A stretch of 64,000 nucleotides of DNA, taken from SAR202 cluster bacterium bin16 (GTDB lineage Bacteria; Chloroflexota; Dehalococcoidia; Lucifugimonadales; Australimonadaceae). The stretch is from NCBI GenBank assembly GCA_002238425.1, contig MPMJ01000002.1, forward strand, positions 17,790 through 81,789, read 5' to 3'. Each line of letters begins with the position of its first letter. Position 1 is the first letter of the stretch. The position numbers and the translations under genes were made by a program. This document shows positions 43,603-52,245 of this stretch, piece after piece. Below the pieces are notes generated by a model that had not been told where the DNA came from, ran no database searches, and saw only the letters and a list, made by a program, of their open reading frames with translations.

Positions 43603-46600
43603 CTACATGCTCGGCCTGAACCTGCCCCAGACCTCCCACAACGCGTGAGTGATCTGGCCAACGGTGGCGTACTCCACGGCGTCGAGCAGGGCCTCGAAGA
43701 CGTTGGCGTCCGAGACGGCGGCGGCCTGCAGGCGTTCGAGCGCGGCGTCGGCCCCTGTGGCGTGCTCGCGCTTGAACGCGCGGGTGCGCGCGGCCTGGGC
43801 GCGCTTCGACTTCATGGGGATGTGTACGAGCTCGCCACGGGGCCTTGCCCCGTCCCTGCTCGCGAGGTAGTTCACTCCTACGACGCGTCGCTTGCCGTCG
43901 CGCATGGCCCCGCGTTCGCGCTGCACCTCCTCCTGGATGGCGGTGCGGAAGTACTCGTTCTCGATGGCGGGCAGCACGCCGCCCTGCTGGTCGATCTCGC
44001 GGAAGATGCGGTGGACGGCGCGTTCCACCTCCGCCTCGAGGTACGTGAGTCCGTACGCGCCCTGGTTGAGGTTCTCGATATACCCGAAGTCGCCGCTCTC
44101 CACGAGCGGGATCTGCTGGCTGCCCATCGCGAGCAGGACGTCGTCCTCCTGGGGCGTGGTGTACGTTTCCTTGTAGGAGTTCGTGTGGAGCGAATTGGTG
44201 TTGTTGTGGAGGGCGTGCTCCGCCTGCAATGTGACGCGGGTGAGGTTGTGCAGCGGCTCCGAGTCCTGCAGCGAGCGCCCGGACGTCTGGCTGTGGAAGC
44301 GCAGCGCCAGACCGGGACCCTCGACGCCGTAACAGCGCTTCAGCGCGACCGCCCAGACGCGCCGTGCCACGCGTCCCAGCACGTTGAACTCCAGCTCGGA
44401 ACCGGACGTGAAGAAGAACGAGAAGCGGCGCGTGAACTCCTCGATGGGCAGCCCGCGCGCCCGCAGCGTCTCGATGTAGGTGAGGCCGTTCGCGAGCGTG
44501 AACGCGAGCTCCTGCACCGGGTTCGCGCCCGCTTCGCCGATGTGGTAGCCGGAGATGGAGAGCGGGTACCAGCCCGGCGCCTCCCGCATCATGTACTCGG
44601 TCATGTCGGCGATGAGCCGGAGCGACGGCTCCAGCGGGAAGAGCGCCTCATTCTGCGCCTGCACCTCCTTGAGGATGTCGGCCTGCACGGTGCCGCGCAG
44701 CGACTTCCAGTCGAAGCCGCGCCTGCGCGCCGCGACAAGGAACATCGCCATGAGCGTCGGCGCGGGGCCGTTGATGGTCATCGAAACCGACGTGCGCGAG
44801 AGGTCGAAGCCGTCGTAGAGGCGGAGCATGTCGTCGAGCGTGTCGACGGCGACGCCGCCCTCCCCGACCTTGGCAAGCGCGCCGGGCTCGTCGGAGTCGA
44901 GGCCGTAGAGCGTGAGCGAGTCGAACGCGGTCGAGAGTCGCGGCGCGCCGTGTCCGGCGGCGAGCAGGTGGAAGCGGGCGTTCGTCGTCTCCGGCATGCC
45001 GAGACCGGCAAACATGCGGATCGGGTCCTCGTCGCGGCGTCGGAAGCGGTACGCGCCCTCAGTGAACGGGAACGCACCGGGGAGGTTCTGCGTGTAGAGG
45101 TAGCGCACGATCTGGCGCGGGCTCGCGTCGCGGTCCGGCAGGCCGAGCACGGGCGTCCAGAGGCCGGTGGTGGTCTCACGGGCGATGGGAACGCGCCCGT
45201 TGGGCGTCTCGCGGTAGGCGACGCCGTCCTCGACGATGGCGCCGGAGAGGTCGCCGTCGAAACCGTACGTCTGCCAGATGCGGTCGTACTCAGTCTGGTA
45301 GTCGCGCGATGCTCCGCCGTTCGATGCGAGCGCCGCCTCACCCTCCGCCTCGGCGTAGTACGCCTCATGCTCGTCGACGACCGTGCCGAGATAGCCGCGC
45401 CGGCTGAACGGCACCGGCGATGGGCTCTCGCACCAGCCGACGGTGCGAGTCTGTTTGCTTGTACCAGGCTTCCCAGGGGATGTTTCATCCTCACCCCAGC
45501 CCTCTCCCCTCGAGGGAGAGGGGGCAAACAAGCCGGAGCGGCGCGCGATCTCCTCGAAGAGTGCGGTAACACCGGTGTCCCCGAAGCGCTTGGCTTCGGT
45601 GAGGAAGACACGGTCATTGTCGCCCACGAATCGGCGGACGCGGGCGTAGCGCGCCTCGGCCTGTGGGAAGTCGCGCTTGTTCATCACGACGAGGTCGGCC
45701 CTGCGCAACAGTGCTTCCTTCTCCAGTTGCACGTCGCTGCCGTACTCCGGCGTCATGCAGAAGACGGAGGCGTCGGCGACGGGCGCGACGCCGAGTTCGT
45801 TCTGACCGAGGCCGACAGACTCGACGAGGATGAGGTCGAAACCGTGCGCGCGCAGTTCGGCGACGAGCGGCGCTGTCTTCGCTTCGGTCGAGTCGCCGGG
45901 ACCGACACTGACGGAGCGGACGAATGCGTGCGGCGAGTAGCAGTGCACCATGCGGAGGCGATCGCCGAGCGTGGGGTCGGCAGTGAGCACGGCTACGCGT
46001 CCGTCGGTTGAGCGCAGGAAGCGGAGCAGCAGCTCGTCGATGAGCGTGCTCTTCCCCGCTCCGCCGCGGCCGCCGATGCCCCATACGACGGGTCTATCGC
46101 TGGCGTTCGACTCCGCAGGCTGCACACCGTCCCATTCGATGGCCGTGAGCCGTTGCGCGAGTGCACGGAACGACGCTGCGCCGTTCACCGACGGAGCAGG
46201 ACACTCGCGCGCGGCGTCGTTCGCAAGCGTCGTCATGTCGCGGACGGCCTCGGCGAGGTCGAGCGGGGGACGGTAGACCTTGGCCACGCCCATGCGAAGG
46301 AGCGGCGCGACCTCGCGTTCGAGAATCGTGCCGCCGCCGCCGGCGAACAGTGGGACGTGCGGTATGCCCTGCCGCGCCTGCTCGGCGAGCACCTCGCGCA
46401 GGAACGACATATGCCCGCCGTTGTAGGTGCTCACGGCGATGCCGGTGGCGTCCTCCTCGGACGCCGCCTTGGCGATCTGGTAGGCGCTCTTGTTGAAGCC
46501 GAGATAGACGGCCTCGGTGCCCTGCGCGCGCAGGATGCGCGTGATGGCCGCGGCGGCAACGTCGTGGCCGTCGCAGATGGGCGTAGCGATGACGAATCGC

Positions 46601-46614
46601 GGTGGGCGGTGCAT
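43603..46614 (-). CDS. icmF: fused isobutyryl-CoA mutase (IcmF-type): B12-binding domain + MeaB-like G-protein + mutase substrate domain
   Basis: N-terminal DGHDVAAAAI (DxHxxG B12 motif), a central P-loop GIGGRGGAGKSTLIDEL with NKRD, and a C-terminal methylmalonyl-CoA-mutase-like TIM barrel (TINGPAP, YHIGEAGA, FFFTSG). Confidence 0.8.
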   Translation of the reverse strand: MHRPPRFVIATPICDGHDVAAAAITRILRAQGTEAVYLGFNKSAYQIAKAASEEDATGIAVSTYNGGHMSFLREVLAEQARQGIPHVPLFAGGGGTILEREVAPLLRMGVAKVYRPPLDLAEAVRDMTTLANDAARECPAPSVNGAASFRALAQRLTAIEWDGVQPAESNASDRPVVWGIGGRGGAGKSTLIDELLLRFLRSTDGRVAVLTADPTLGDRLRMVHCYSPHAFVRSVSVGPGDSTEAKTAPLVAELRAHGFDLILVESVGLGQNELGVAPVADASVFCMTPEYGSDVQLEKEALLRRADLVVMNKRDFPQAEARYARVRRFVGDNDRVFLTEAKRFGDTGVTALFEEIARRSGLFAPSPSRGEGWGEDETSPGKPGTSKQTRTVGWCESPSPVPFSRRGYLGTVVDEHEAYYAEAEGEAALASNGGASRDYQTEYDRIWQTYGFDGDLSGAIVEDGVAYRETPNGRVPIARETTTGLWTPVLGLPDRDASPRQIVRYLYTQNLPGAFPFTEGAYRFRRRDEDPIRMFAGLGMPETTNARFHLLAAGHGAPRLSTAFDSLTLYGLDSDEPGALAKVGEGGVAVDTLDDMLRLYDGFDLSRTSVSMTINGPAPTLMAMFLVAARRRGFDWKSLRGTVQADILKEVQAQNEALFPLEPSLRLIADMTEYMMREAPGWYPLSISGYHIGEAGANPVQELAFTLANGLTYIETLRARGLPIEEFTRRFSFFFTSGSELEFNVLGRVARRVWAVALKRCYGVEGPGLALRFHSQTSGRSLQDSEPLHNLTRVTLQAEHALHNNTNSLHTNSYKETYTTPQEDDVLLAMGSQQIPLVESGDFGYIENLNQGAYGLTYLEAEVERAVHRIFREIDQQGGVLPAIENEYFRTAIQEEVQRERGAMRDGKRRVVGVNYLASRDGARPRGELVHIPMKSKRAQAARTRAFKREHATGADAALERLQAAAVSDANVFEALLDAVEYATVGQITHALWEVWGRFRPSM
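45489..45524 (+). repeat. REP-like family A, copy 5, inside the icmF coding sequence
   Basis: CCTCACCCCAG, then CCCTCTCCC 45500-45508 pairing with GGGAGAGGG 45514-45522. On the coding (minus) strand it reads APSPSRGEGWGED. Confidence 0.7.
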
Positions 46615-46620
46615 GAGGAA

Positions 46621-46626
46621 AGTATA
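46621..46626 (-). promoter_or_regulatory. -10 box TATACT 6 nt upstream of the icmF ATG 46614 (leaderless-type promoter candidate)
   Basis: The minus strand reads TATACT, then TTCCTC, then ATG. There is no Shine-Dalgarno sequence. Confidence 0.4.
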
Positions 46627-46709
46627 GCGTGCGGGGGCGTCCGAGGATTCGAAGACATCACAGAGCATCAGACACTCGGATTGGTTTGTAACTATATGGC
46701 GACTGTGAC

Positions 46710-46740
46710 GCAACCTCAACGCTTACGTTGATAAGGTTGC
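46710..46740. promoter_or_regulatory. nested 31-bp palindrome upstream of phd-vapC (candidate autoregulatory operator)
   Basis: GCAACCT CAACG CTTA CGTTG AT AAGGTTGC. It ends 46 nt upstream of the phd ATG and just before a TAAAAT box. Confidence 0.35.
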
Positions 46741-46786
46741 ATTAAGCCAGACAGATCGTAAAATGTAGCCACAGAGGTGCATTGCT

Positions 46787-47044
46787 ATGACCACAACATA
46801 CGGCATCCGTGAATTCAAAACTAAGGTCAGCGAGATACTCCATGACCTCGACGATGGCGAGGAAGTCATCATCACCCGGCATGGGAAACCCTGTGCCAAG
46901 CTGGTGCACGTGGAGGCTGAAGCAGAAGCCAAGAAGCTGCCACTCTCGGCACTGAAGGACATGCTGGATCTGCCTGATGCGACTTGGGAAGACTTCATGG
47001 AAGCGAAGAAGATCTGGGAACCACGTATCCCGGATGACCTATGA
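46787..47044 (+). CDS. Phd/YefM family antitoxin
   Basis: YGIREFKTKVSEILHDLDDGEEVIITRHGKPCAKLV is the Phd/YefM N-terminal fold. The stop overlaps the vapC start (ATGA). Confidence 0.8.
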   Translation: MTTTYGIREFKTKVSEILHDLDDGEEVIITRHGKPCAKLVHVEAEAEAKKLPLSALKDMLDLPDATWEDFMEAKKIWEPRIPDDL

Positions 47045-47457
47045 CGCATAGCGAACCGCATGCACCGCTCAGGTTCGTGGTAGATACCAACGCTCTATGG
47101 TGGTACATCAGCCGTTCTGACCGGCTCTCCCCTGCTGCGGCAGCCGTGTTCGAGTTGGCGCTGATAGGCGGAGCGGTGCTCATCGTGCCTGCTATCGCCC
47201 TGGCTGAGCTGTACTACGTTTCCGTGAAGATGGGCCGGTCTTATACGCCTGCCGACTTGCTCAAAGCCTTGGAAGCAGTGCGAGGCATACGTCTATCCAA
47301 CCTGGGCAAGACGCAACTGGAACTGCTCGACCGGCTGCCGGAGATACCGGAGATGCACGACCGGCTCATCGCGGCGGAGGCGCTCGCGCTCGGTGTGCCG
47401 GTTGTTACGCGGGACCCGGTCATCGCTGCATCGCCGCAGGTGCAGTCCATCTGGTAG
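47041..47457 (+). CDS. vapC: PIN-domain toxin (VapC family)
   Basis: FVVDTNALWWY (first acidic residue), AELYY, and VVTRDP near the C-terminus. Confidence 0.8.
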   Translation: MTHSEPHAPLRFVVDTNALWWYISRSDRLSPAAAAVFELALIGGAVLIVPAIALAELYYVSVKMGRSYTPADLLKALEAVRGIRLSNLGKTQLELLDRLPEIPEMHDRLIAAEALALGVPVVTRDPVIAASPQVQSIW

Positions 47458-47506
47458 TGGTGCACAGCGAGGTATGGACTAACCGGTTCTCTCTCAACCC
47501 ATCCTG

Positions 47507-47512
47507 TATACT
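47507..47512 (+). promoter_or_regulatory. -10 box TATACT 6 nt upstream of GTG 47519 (leaderless-type promoter candidate)
   Basis: TATACT, then GGCATC, then GTG. There is no Shine-Dalgarno sequence. Confidence 0.4.
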
Positions 47513-47518
47513 GGCATC

Positions 47519-48421
47519 GTGCCTGCTCTTCTCGAAGCCCGGAACCTTACGAAGCAATACGGCTCCACAGTTGCTCTCGATGGTGTGTCGTTCGACGTCC
47601 ACGAGGGCGTGACCGGGCTGCTCGGCCCCAACGGCGCTGGGAAGAGCACGGCGATGAAGCTCTTCCTCGGCCTCATTCAGCCGACCTCCGGCTCGGCGAT
47701 GCTTCTGGGCGAGGAGCCGTACCGGTCCACTGAGGGGCGCGCCCGCATCGGCTACATGCCGGAGAACGAGTGCCTGCCCAAGAGCATGACCGCCTCCGAG
47801 TTCCTGATGCACATGGCGCAGGTGAGCGGCATTCCGCCGGCCCAGGCGCGCACCCGCGCTGCCGACGTCCTCCGCCACGTAGGACTGGACGAGGAACGGT
47901 ACCGGCCCATCGGCGAGTACTCCACCGGCATGAAGCAACGCGTGAAGCTTGCGCAGGCCATCGTCCACGACCCGGTGCTGGTGCTGCTCGACGAACCGAC
48001 CGCAGGCCTCGACCCGGACGGACGGCAGGAGATGCTACGGCTCATCCACCGCACGGCCAACACGTTCGGTATCAGCGTGATGCTCTCGACACACCTCATG
48101 GGTGACGTGGAGCGCACGGCTGACTCCGTTATCGTGCTCGAGTCCGGCGTGCTTGCGCAGGAGGGCGCGGTTGCCAAACTCACTGAGGAGACCGAGACGC
48201 TGCTCATCGAAGTCGCCGACCGGCATGAGGAGTTTGTCACTGCGCTCGCAGCGAAGGGAGTGCAGGCGTCGGACGACGGCCAGTTGCTCGTGATCGAGCA
48301 GGCGCGCGAGGCCGACTACGATCTCATTCGCGATGCAGCGGTCGAGTCCGGCGCACGCATACGGCGGCTCTCGCCCGAGCGCCGCACGCTCAGCGACATC
48401 TTCAGGAGCAGACCGGCGTGA
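47519..48421 (+). CDS. ABC transporter ATP-binding protein
   Basis: Walker A GPNGAGKST, signature YSTGMKQR, Walker B LVLLDEPTAGLD. GTG start lies 6 nt after a TATACT box. Confidence 0.9.
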   Translation: MPALLEARNLTKQYGSTVALDGVSFDVHEGVTGLLGPNGAGKSTAMKLFLGLIQPTSGSAMLLGEEPYRSTEGRARIGYMPENECLPKSMTASEFLMHMAQVSGIPPAQARTRAADVLRHVGLDEERYRPIGEYSTGMKQRVKLAQAIVHDPVLVLLDEPTAGLDPDGRQEMLRLIHRTANTFGISVMLSTHLMGDVERTADSVIVLESGVLAQEGAVAKLTEETETLLIEVADRHEEFVTALAAKGVQASDDGQLLVIEQAREADYDLIRDAAVESGARIRRLSPERRTLSDIFRSRPA

Positions 48422-49440
48422 GGGCGCGCGAGGCGGAGGTCTTCGACCTCGGTTACCAGCGGTACACGGGGCCTCGTGAAGGGCGCAACCGGGCACGGCT
48501 GGCGCTTTTCGAGAATGGCGTCCGTACCGTCCTCGGCATCGGGCGCGGAGGCCGCGCAAAGATACTGCCTGTCGGCCTGTTCCTGGCGGTGATGATTCCT
48601 GCCGTGGTGTTCGTCATTATCCTCGCGTTCATCGGCGAAGGGGGTGCGGACTTCATCCCCGGCCCGGCCGACTACTACTCGATCGTGAGCGTCATCCTCA
48701 TCATTTTCGGCGCCATCATGGCGCCCGAGCTGCTCTGCCCCGACCGCCGCGACAACGTGCTCCCGCTCTACCTCGTCCGGCCACTCACCTCGAACGACTA
48801 CCTCATCGCGCGCTTCCTCGCGTTCTTCGCCATCGTGCTCGTACTGGTCTACGCCGGGCAGATCGTCCTGCAGGCGGGGCTCATCCTGACGGCCAGCGAC
48901 CAGGTGGAGTACATCCGCGACAACTGGCAGGACGTGCCGCGCATCCTGTTCATGGGCGTGCTCATCGCCACGTTCATATCGGTGGGGCCGCTGGCCGTGG
49001 CGGCGTTCACGACGCGGCGCGCCTATGCAGCCGCGTTCGTCATTGCGGCATGGCTGCTGTTGAATTCCATCAGCGACGGGCTCACCGTCGAAACGAGTTG
49101 CACTATAGTCACGACGGGTGACCGCGGGGGCGATGCCATTATCGAGGAGTCCAGCTTCGAAGTGGGGAGCACGATCATCCCTGAAGAAGAGGTGGTCTCT
49201 CGGGAATGCACACGTCCTGCCGGAGACCTTGCCCCGTACGTTGGGTTGCTCCACCTGGGTGGCGTCACGGACAACATCAACAACATGGTGTTTGACGTGG
49301 ACCTCGAACCCGGGCAAGGCGCGCCTTCCTCGATGGCCGTCGCAGAGTTGCACGACGCGTTCCCCATCGGCGTGTATGTCCTGTGGACGGGCATCCCCGC
49401 CCTGCTCCTGTGGCACCGCTACCGGAGGATACGGCTATGA
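48418..49440 (+). CDS. ABC-2 type transporter permease
   Basis: The GTGA start overlaps the previous stop. 6 TM segments with a large extracytoplasmic loop before the last TM. Confidence 0.7.
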   Translation: MRAREAEVFDLGYQRYTGPREGRNRARLALFENGVRTVLGIGRGGRAKILPVGLFLAVMIPAVVFVIILAFIGEGGADFIPGPADYYSIVSVILIIFGAIMAPELLCPDRRDNVLPLYLVRPLTSNDYLIARFLAFFAIVLVLVYAGQIVLQAGLILTASDQVEYIRDNWQDVPRILFMGVLIATFISVGPLAVAAFTTRRAYAAAFVIAAWLLLNSISDGLTVETSCTIVTTGDRGGDAIIEESSFEVGSTIIPEEEVVSRECTRPAGDLAPYVGLLHLGGVTDNINNMVFDVDLEPGQGAPSSMAVAELHDAFPIGVYVLWTGIPALLLWHRYRRIRL

Positions 49441-50363
49441 CCACCGCGTCCACACCAGCCGTCGAGGTGCAGAACGTTTCCAAGTGGTACGGCAGCGTCG
49501 TTGCGGTGAACGAGGCTTCGTTCGACATCTACCCCGGCGTTACGGGCATCCTGGGGCCGAACGGCGCAGGGAAGACAACGCTGCTGAGCATGATGTGCGG
49601 GCTCGTCAAGCCGTCGCGCGGCAGCGTGCGGGTGCTGGGTGAGGAGGTACAGGGCAACATCGGGCTGTACCGGCGCCTCGGCGTGATGCTGGAGCACGAC
49701 GTGCTATACCCGTTCATGACCGGGCGCGATTTCGTGCGGCTGGCCGCGCGCCTGCAGGGCATGAACGACGAGGCGGCGGTGGACCGCGCCATCCACGCCG
49801 CGAACCTGGAGGATGCGCAGCATCGGGCCACCGGCACCTACTCGCGCGGGATGCGGCAGCGCATCCGGCTTGCGGGGGCCATCGTGCACGAGCCGGACGT
49901 CCTCATTCTGGACGAACCGCTGAACGGCACCGACCCACGCCAGCGCGTCGAGTTCGCCGATTTCGTGGCCCGGCTCTCAATGCAGGGCAAGGCCATCCTC
50001 ATCTCCTCCCACATCCTCGAAGAGGTCGAGGCGCTGGCCGACCGCATCTTGCTCGTCGTGAGCGGCAAGCTGGCGGCGGCGGGCGATTTCCATGCGATAC
50101 GCGAGAAGCTGGACGAGCGTCCGTTCCAGGTGCGCATCGGCGCGTCGAAGCAGCGGGAGATGGCTGCCGCGCTCGTGGCGCTGGATGCGGTGGAGTCTGT
50201 CTCGCTGGATGAGTTCGGCAACATCGAGGTGCTCACCCGCAACGTCGCCGAACTGCAGCGCATGGCCCCGAAACTCGCTCAGGAGATCGACAGCCGCCTC
50301 TACCGCATCGAACCGCTGGACGACTCACTGGAGAGCGTCTTCTCGTACGTGGTGCAGCGGTGA
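49437..50363 (+). CDS. ABC transporter ATP-binding protein (second ATPase)
   Basis: The ATGA start overlaps the previous stop. GPNGAGKTT, YSRGMRQR and VLILDEPLNGTD. Confidence 0.9.
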   Translation: MTTASTPAVEVQNVSKWYGSVVAVNEASFDIYPGVTGILGPNGAGKTTLLSMMCGLVKPSRGSVRVLGEEVQGNIGLYRRLGVMLEHDVLYPFMTGRDFVRLAARLQGMNDEAAVDRAIHAANLEDAQHRATGTYSRGMRQRIRLAGAIVHEPDVLILDEPLNGTDPRQRVEFADFVARLSMQGKAILISSHILEEVEALADRILLVVSGKLAAAGDFHAIREKLDERPFQVRIGASKQREMAAALVALDAVESVSLDEFGNIEVLTRNVAELQRMAPKLAQEIDSRLYRIEPLDDSLESVFSYVVQR

Positions 50364-51070
50364 TCAGAGCGCTCTTCATGCTGGCGCTGCGCCAGGCGGT
50401 CACGAGACGCAAGCTTGCGCTGCTCATCATCCTTGCGCTGATCCCGCTGGGGCTGGCGGCCATCCTCGACTCCACCGTAGCGGAGGAAGGCACCCTCATC
50501 GGACCCGTGCTGGGCGGGCTCGTCATCTCCGTCACGCTCCCGATCACCGTCATGGTGCTTGCGACCGGCGCGTTCGGGAACGAAGTGGAGGACCGCACGC
50601 TGAGCCTGCTCACCACGAAGCCGGTGCCGCGATGGACGATCGTGCTCGCCAAGTTCGCCGCAACCGTGGTCGTTGCCGCCCCGCTCATGGCTGCCGTTGC
50701 AGTGGTCATCACGATGATGGATCCGGACGGTACCGGGAACGCTCCGCTCGCTGCGGCCGTCGGAGTCGTCGTCGGTGTCGTGGCCTACGCCTCCGCGTTC
50801 ACCTGGCTGGGGCTGCTCACGACGCGTGCGCTCGGGTTCGGCCTCGTCTACGTACTGCTCTGGGAGGCGCTCATCACCACTTTCCTGAGCGGCACGCGCT
50901 ACCTGAGCATCCGCAGCTATATCTTCGGCACTGCGCACGGGCTCAACGACAGGGCCTTCGGTGAAGACCTGACCATCGCGATGACTCCTGCCCTCGTCGG
51001 CGCGGGGCTCGTGACAGTCGTGTTCTTCCTGCTCACCGTGCGGCGCCTCAGCCGGATGGACATCCAGTAG
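50360..51070 (+). CDS. ABC-2 type transporter permease (second permease)
   Basis: The GTGA start overlaps the previous stop. 6 hydrophobic segments. Confidence 0.7.
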   Translation: MIRALFMLALRQAVTRRKLALLIILALIPLGLAAILDSTVAEEGTLIGPVLGGLVISVTLPITVMVLATGAFGNEVEDRTLSLLTTKPVPRWTIVLAKFAATVVVAAPLMAAVAVVITMMDPDGTGNAPLAAAVGVVVGVVAYASAFTWLGLLTTRALGFGLVYVLLWEALITTFLSGTRYLSIRSYIFGTAHGLNDRAFGEDLTIAMTPALVGAGLVTVVFFLLTVRRLSRMDIQ

Positions 51071-51151
51071 CCCTCAGGTACGCGCCTCGTTCGTGAAGCT
51101 CCCGTCGAGCGGTTAGAATCGTCCGGCCCCGAAGACACCGAACGGAGCCGC

Positions 51152-51745
51152 ATGGGCGAATCGCAGAAGAAGAAGGCGTGGTGGCGCGACACCACGCTCA
51201 TCACGATGGTGAGTCTGCTGGCCGTCGTCTCACTGGTGGCATTCATCCAGCATGGCGTGGATGGGTTGCGCGACGGTGGTGAGAACTCGCTGTTCATCAT
51301 CCGCCAAGCTGCCCCTGCCCTCTTCCTCGGCTTTATCCTCGCCGGATTCCTGACCGTCCTCTTTCCTCCGAGAGTGGTCGGACGCTGGATGGGCGACGAG
51401 GCCGGGGTGAAGGGCGTCCTCATTGGCGCGGCTGCGGGGGTGCTCTCGCCGGGCGGGCCCTACGTCATGTACCCGATAGCGGCGGCGCTTATGCACGGCG
51501 GCGCGGGCATCGCATCCATCTCAGCGTTCTCTGTCGCGCGGAACATCTTTACGGCCAACCGGTTCCTCGTGTACGAACTGCCGTTCCTCGGCGTGCCGCT
51601 GGCGCTGGCGAAGACGCTCTCCACGCTCTGGTTAATCGGCGTGGGGACGTTGCTCGTGCCCGTCGTCTTCCGGCTCATGCCGCGCAGCGCGCAGGAGGCG
51701 GCGCGATCGCGCATCGGCGCTGCGGAGCAGGAGAAGACGGAATGA
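51152..51745 (+). CDS. half-size permease (DUF318/ArsP_1-like), subunit A
   Basis: About 5 TM segments. Conserved GVLIGAAAGVLSPGGPYVMYPIAAAL is shared with the next gene. Confidence 0.55.
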   Translation: MGESQKKKAWWRDTTLITMVSLLAVVSLVAFIQHGVDGLRDGGENSLFIIRQAAPALFLGFILAGFLTVLFPPRVVGRWMGDEAGVKGVLIGAAAGVLSPGGPYVMYPIAAALMHGGAGIASISAFSVARNIFTANRFLVYELPFLGVPLALAKTLSTLWLIGVGTLLVPVVFRLMPRSAQEAARSRIGAAEQEKTE

Positions 51746-52236
51746 CGCTCTACCTGCTGGCCGGACTCGTTGGGCTCACGGCGGTCCTCGTTTTGCGCAA
51801 GGATGGCTTCTTCGGACTGCGTAAGGGCTCCGTTACGAGCGCCCTGCTGCTGCGTTCCGTTGCGCGGATGCTCGTGCTCGGAATGGTGCTCGCGGGTATG
51901 ACGCAGGTCATCCTTCCGCAGGAGGTCATCACCCGCTGGATCGGCGATGAGTCTGGTTTCACTGGCATCCTCATCGGCGCGGCGGTGGGTGCGCTCGTAC
52001 CCGGCGGCCCGTACGTCGTGATCCCGCTTGCGGCATCTATCTTTCTCTCTGGCGCGGGGGTCGGCCCGGTTGCAGCGCTGATCACTGCGTGGAACACGAT
52101 TCCGTTCACACGCACGGTCATGTGGGAGTTGCCGTTCCTGGGCGGAGCGTTCACGACGAGCAGGATGCTGGTGAACCTGCCCTTCCCCATCGTGGCGGGG
52201 GTGCTCACCCCGCCGATCTACCGCCTGCTGGTTTGA
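51742..52236 (+). CDS. half-size permease (DUF318/ArsP_1-like), subunit B
   Basis: The ATGA start overlaps the previous stop. GILIGAAVGALVPGGPYVVIPLAASI is paralogous to subunit A. Confidence 0.55.
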   Translation: MTLYLLAGLVGLTAVLVLRKDGFFGLRKGSVTSALLLRSVARMLVLGMVLAGMTQVILPQEVITRWIGDESGFTGILIGAAVGALVPGGPYVVIPLAASIFLSGAGVGPVAALITAWNTIPFTRTVMWELPFLGGAFTTSRMLVNLPFPIVAGVLTPPIYRLLV

Positions 52237-52245
52237 CGCTCGCTC

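Noticed and set aside
43645-46011. 788-aa ORF on the plus strand
   Set aside because: It is antisense to icmF, which has B12, P-loop and mutase motifs on the minus strand.
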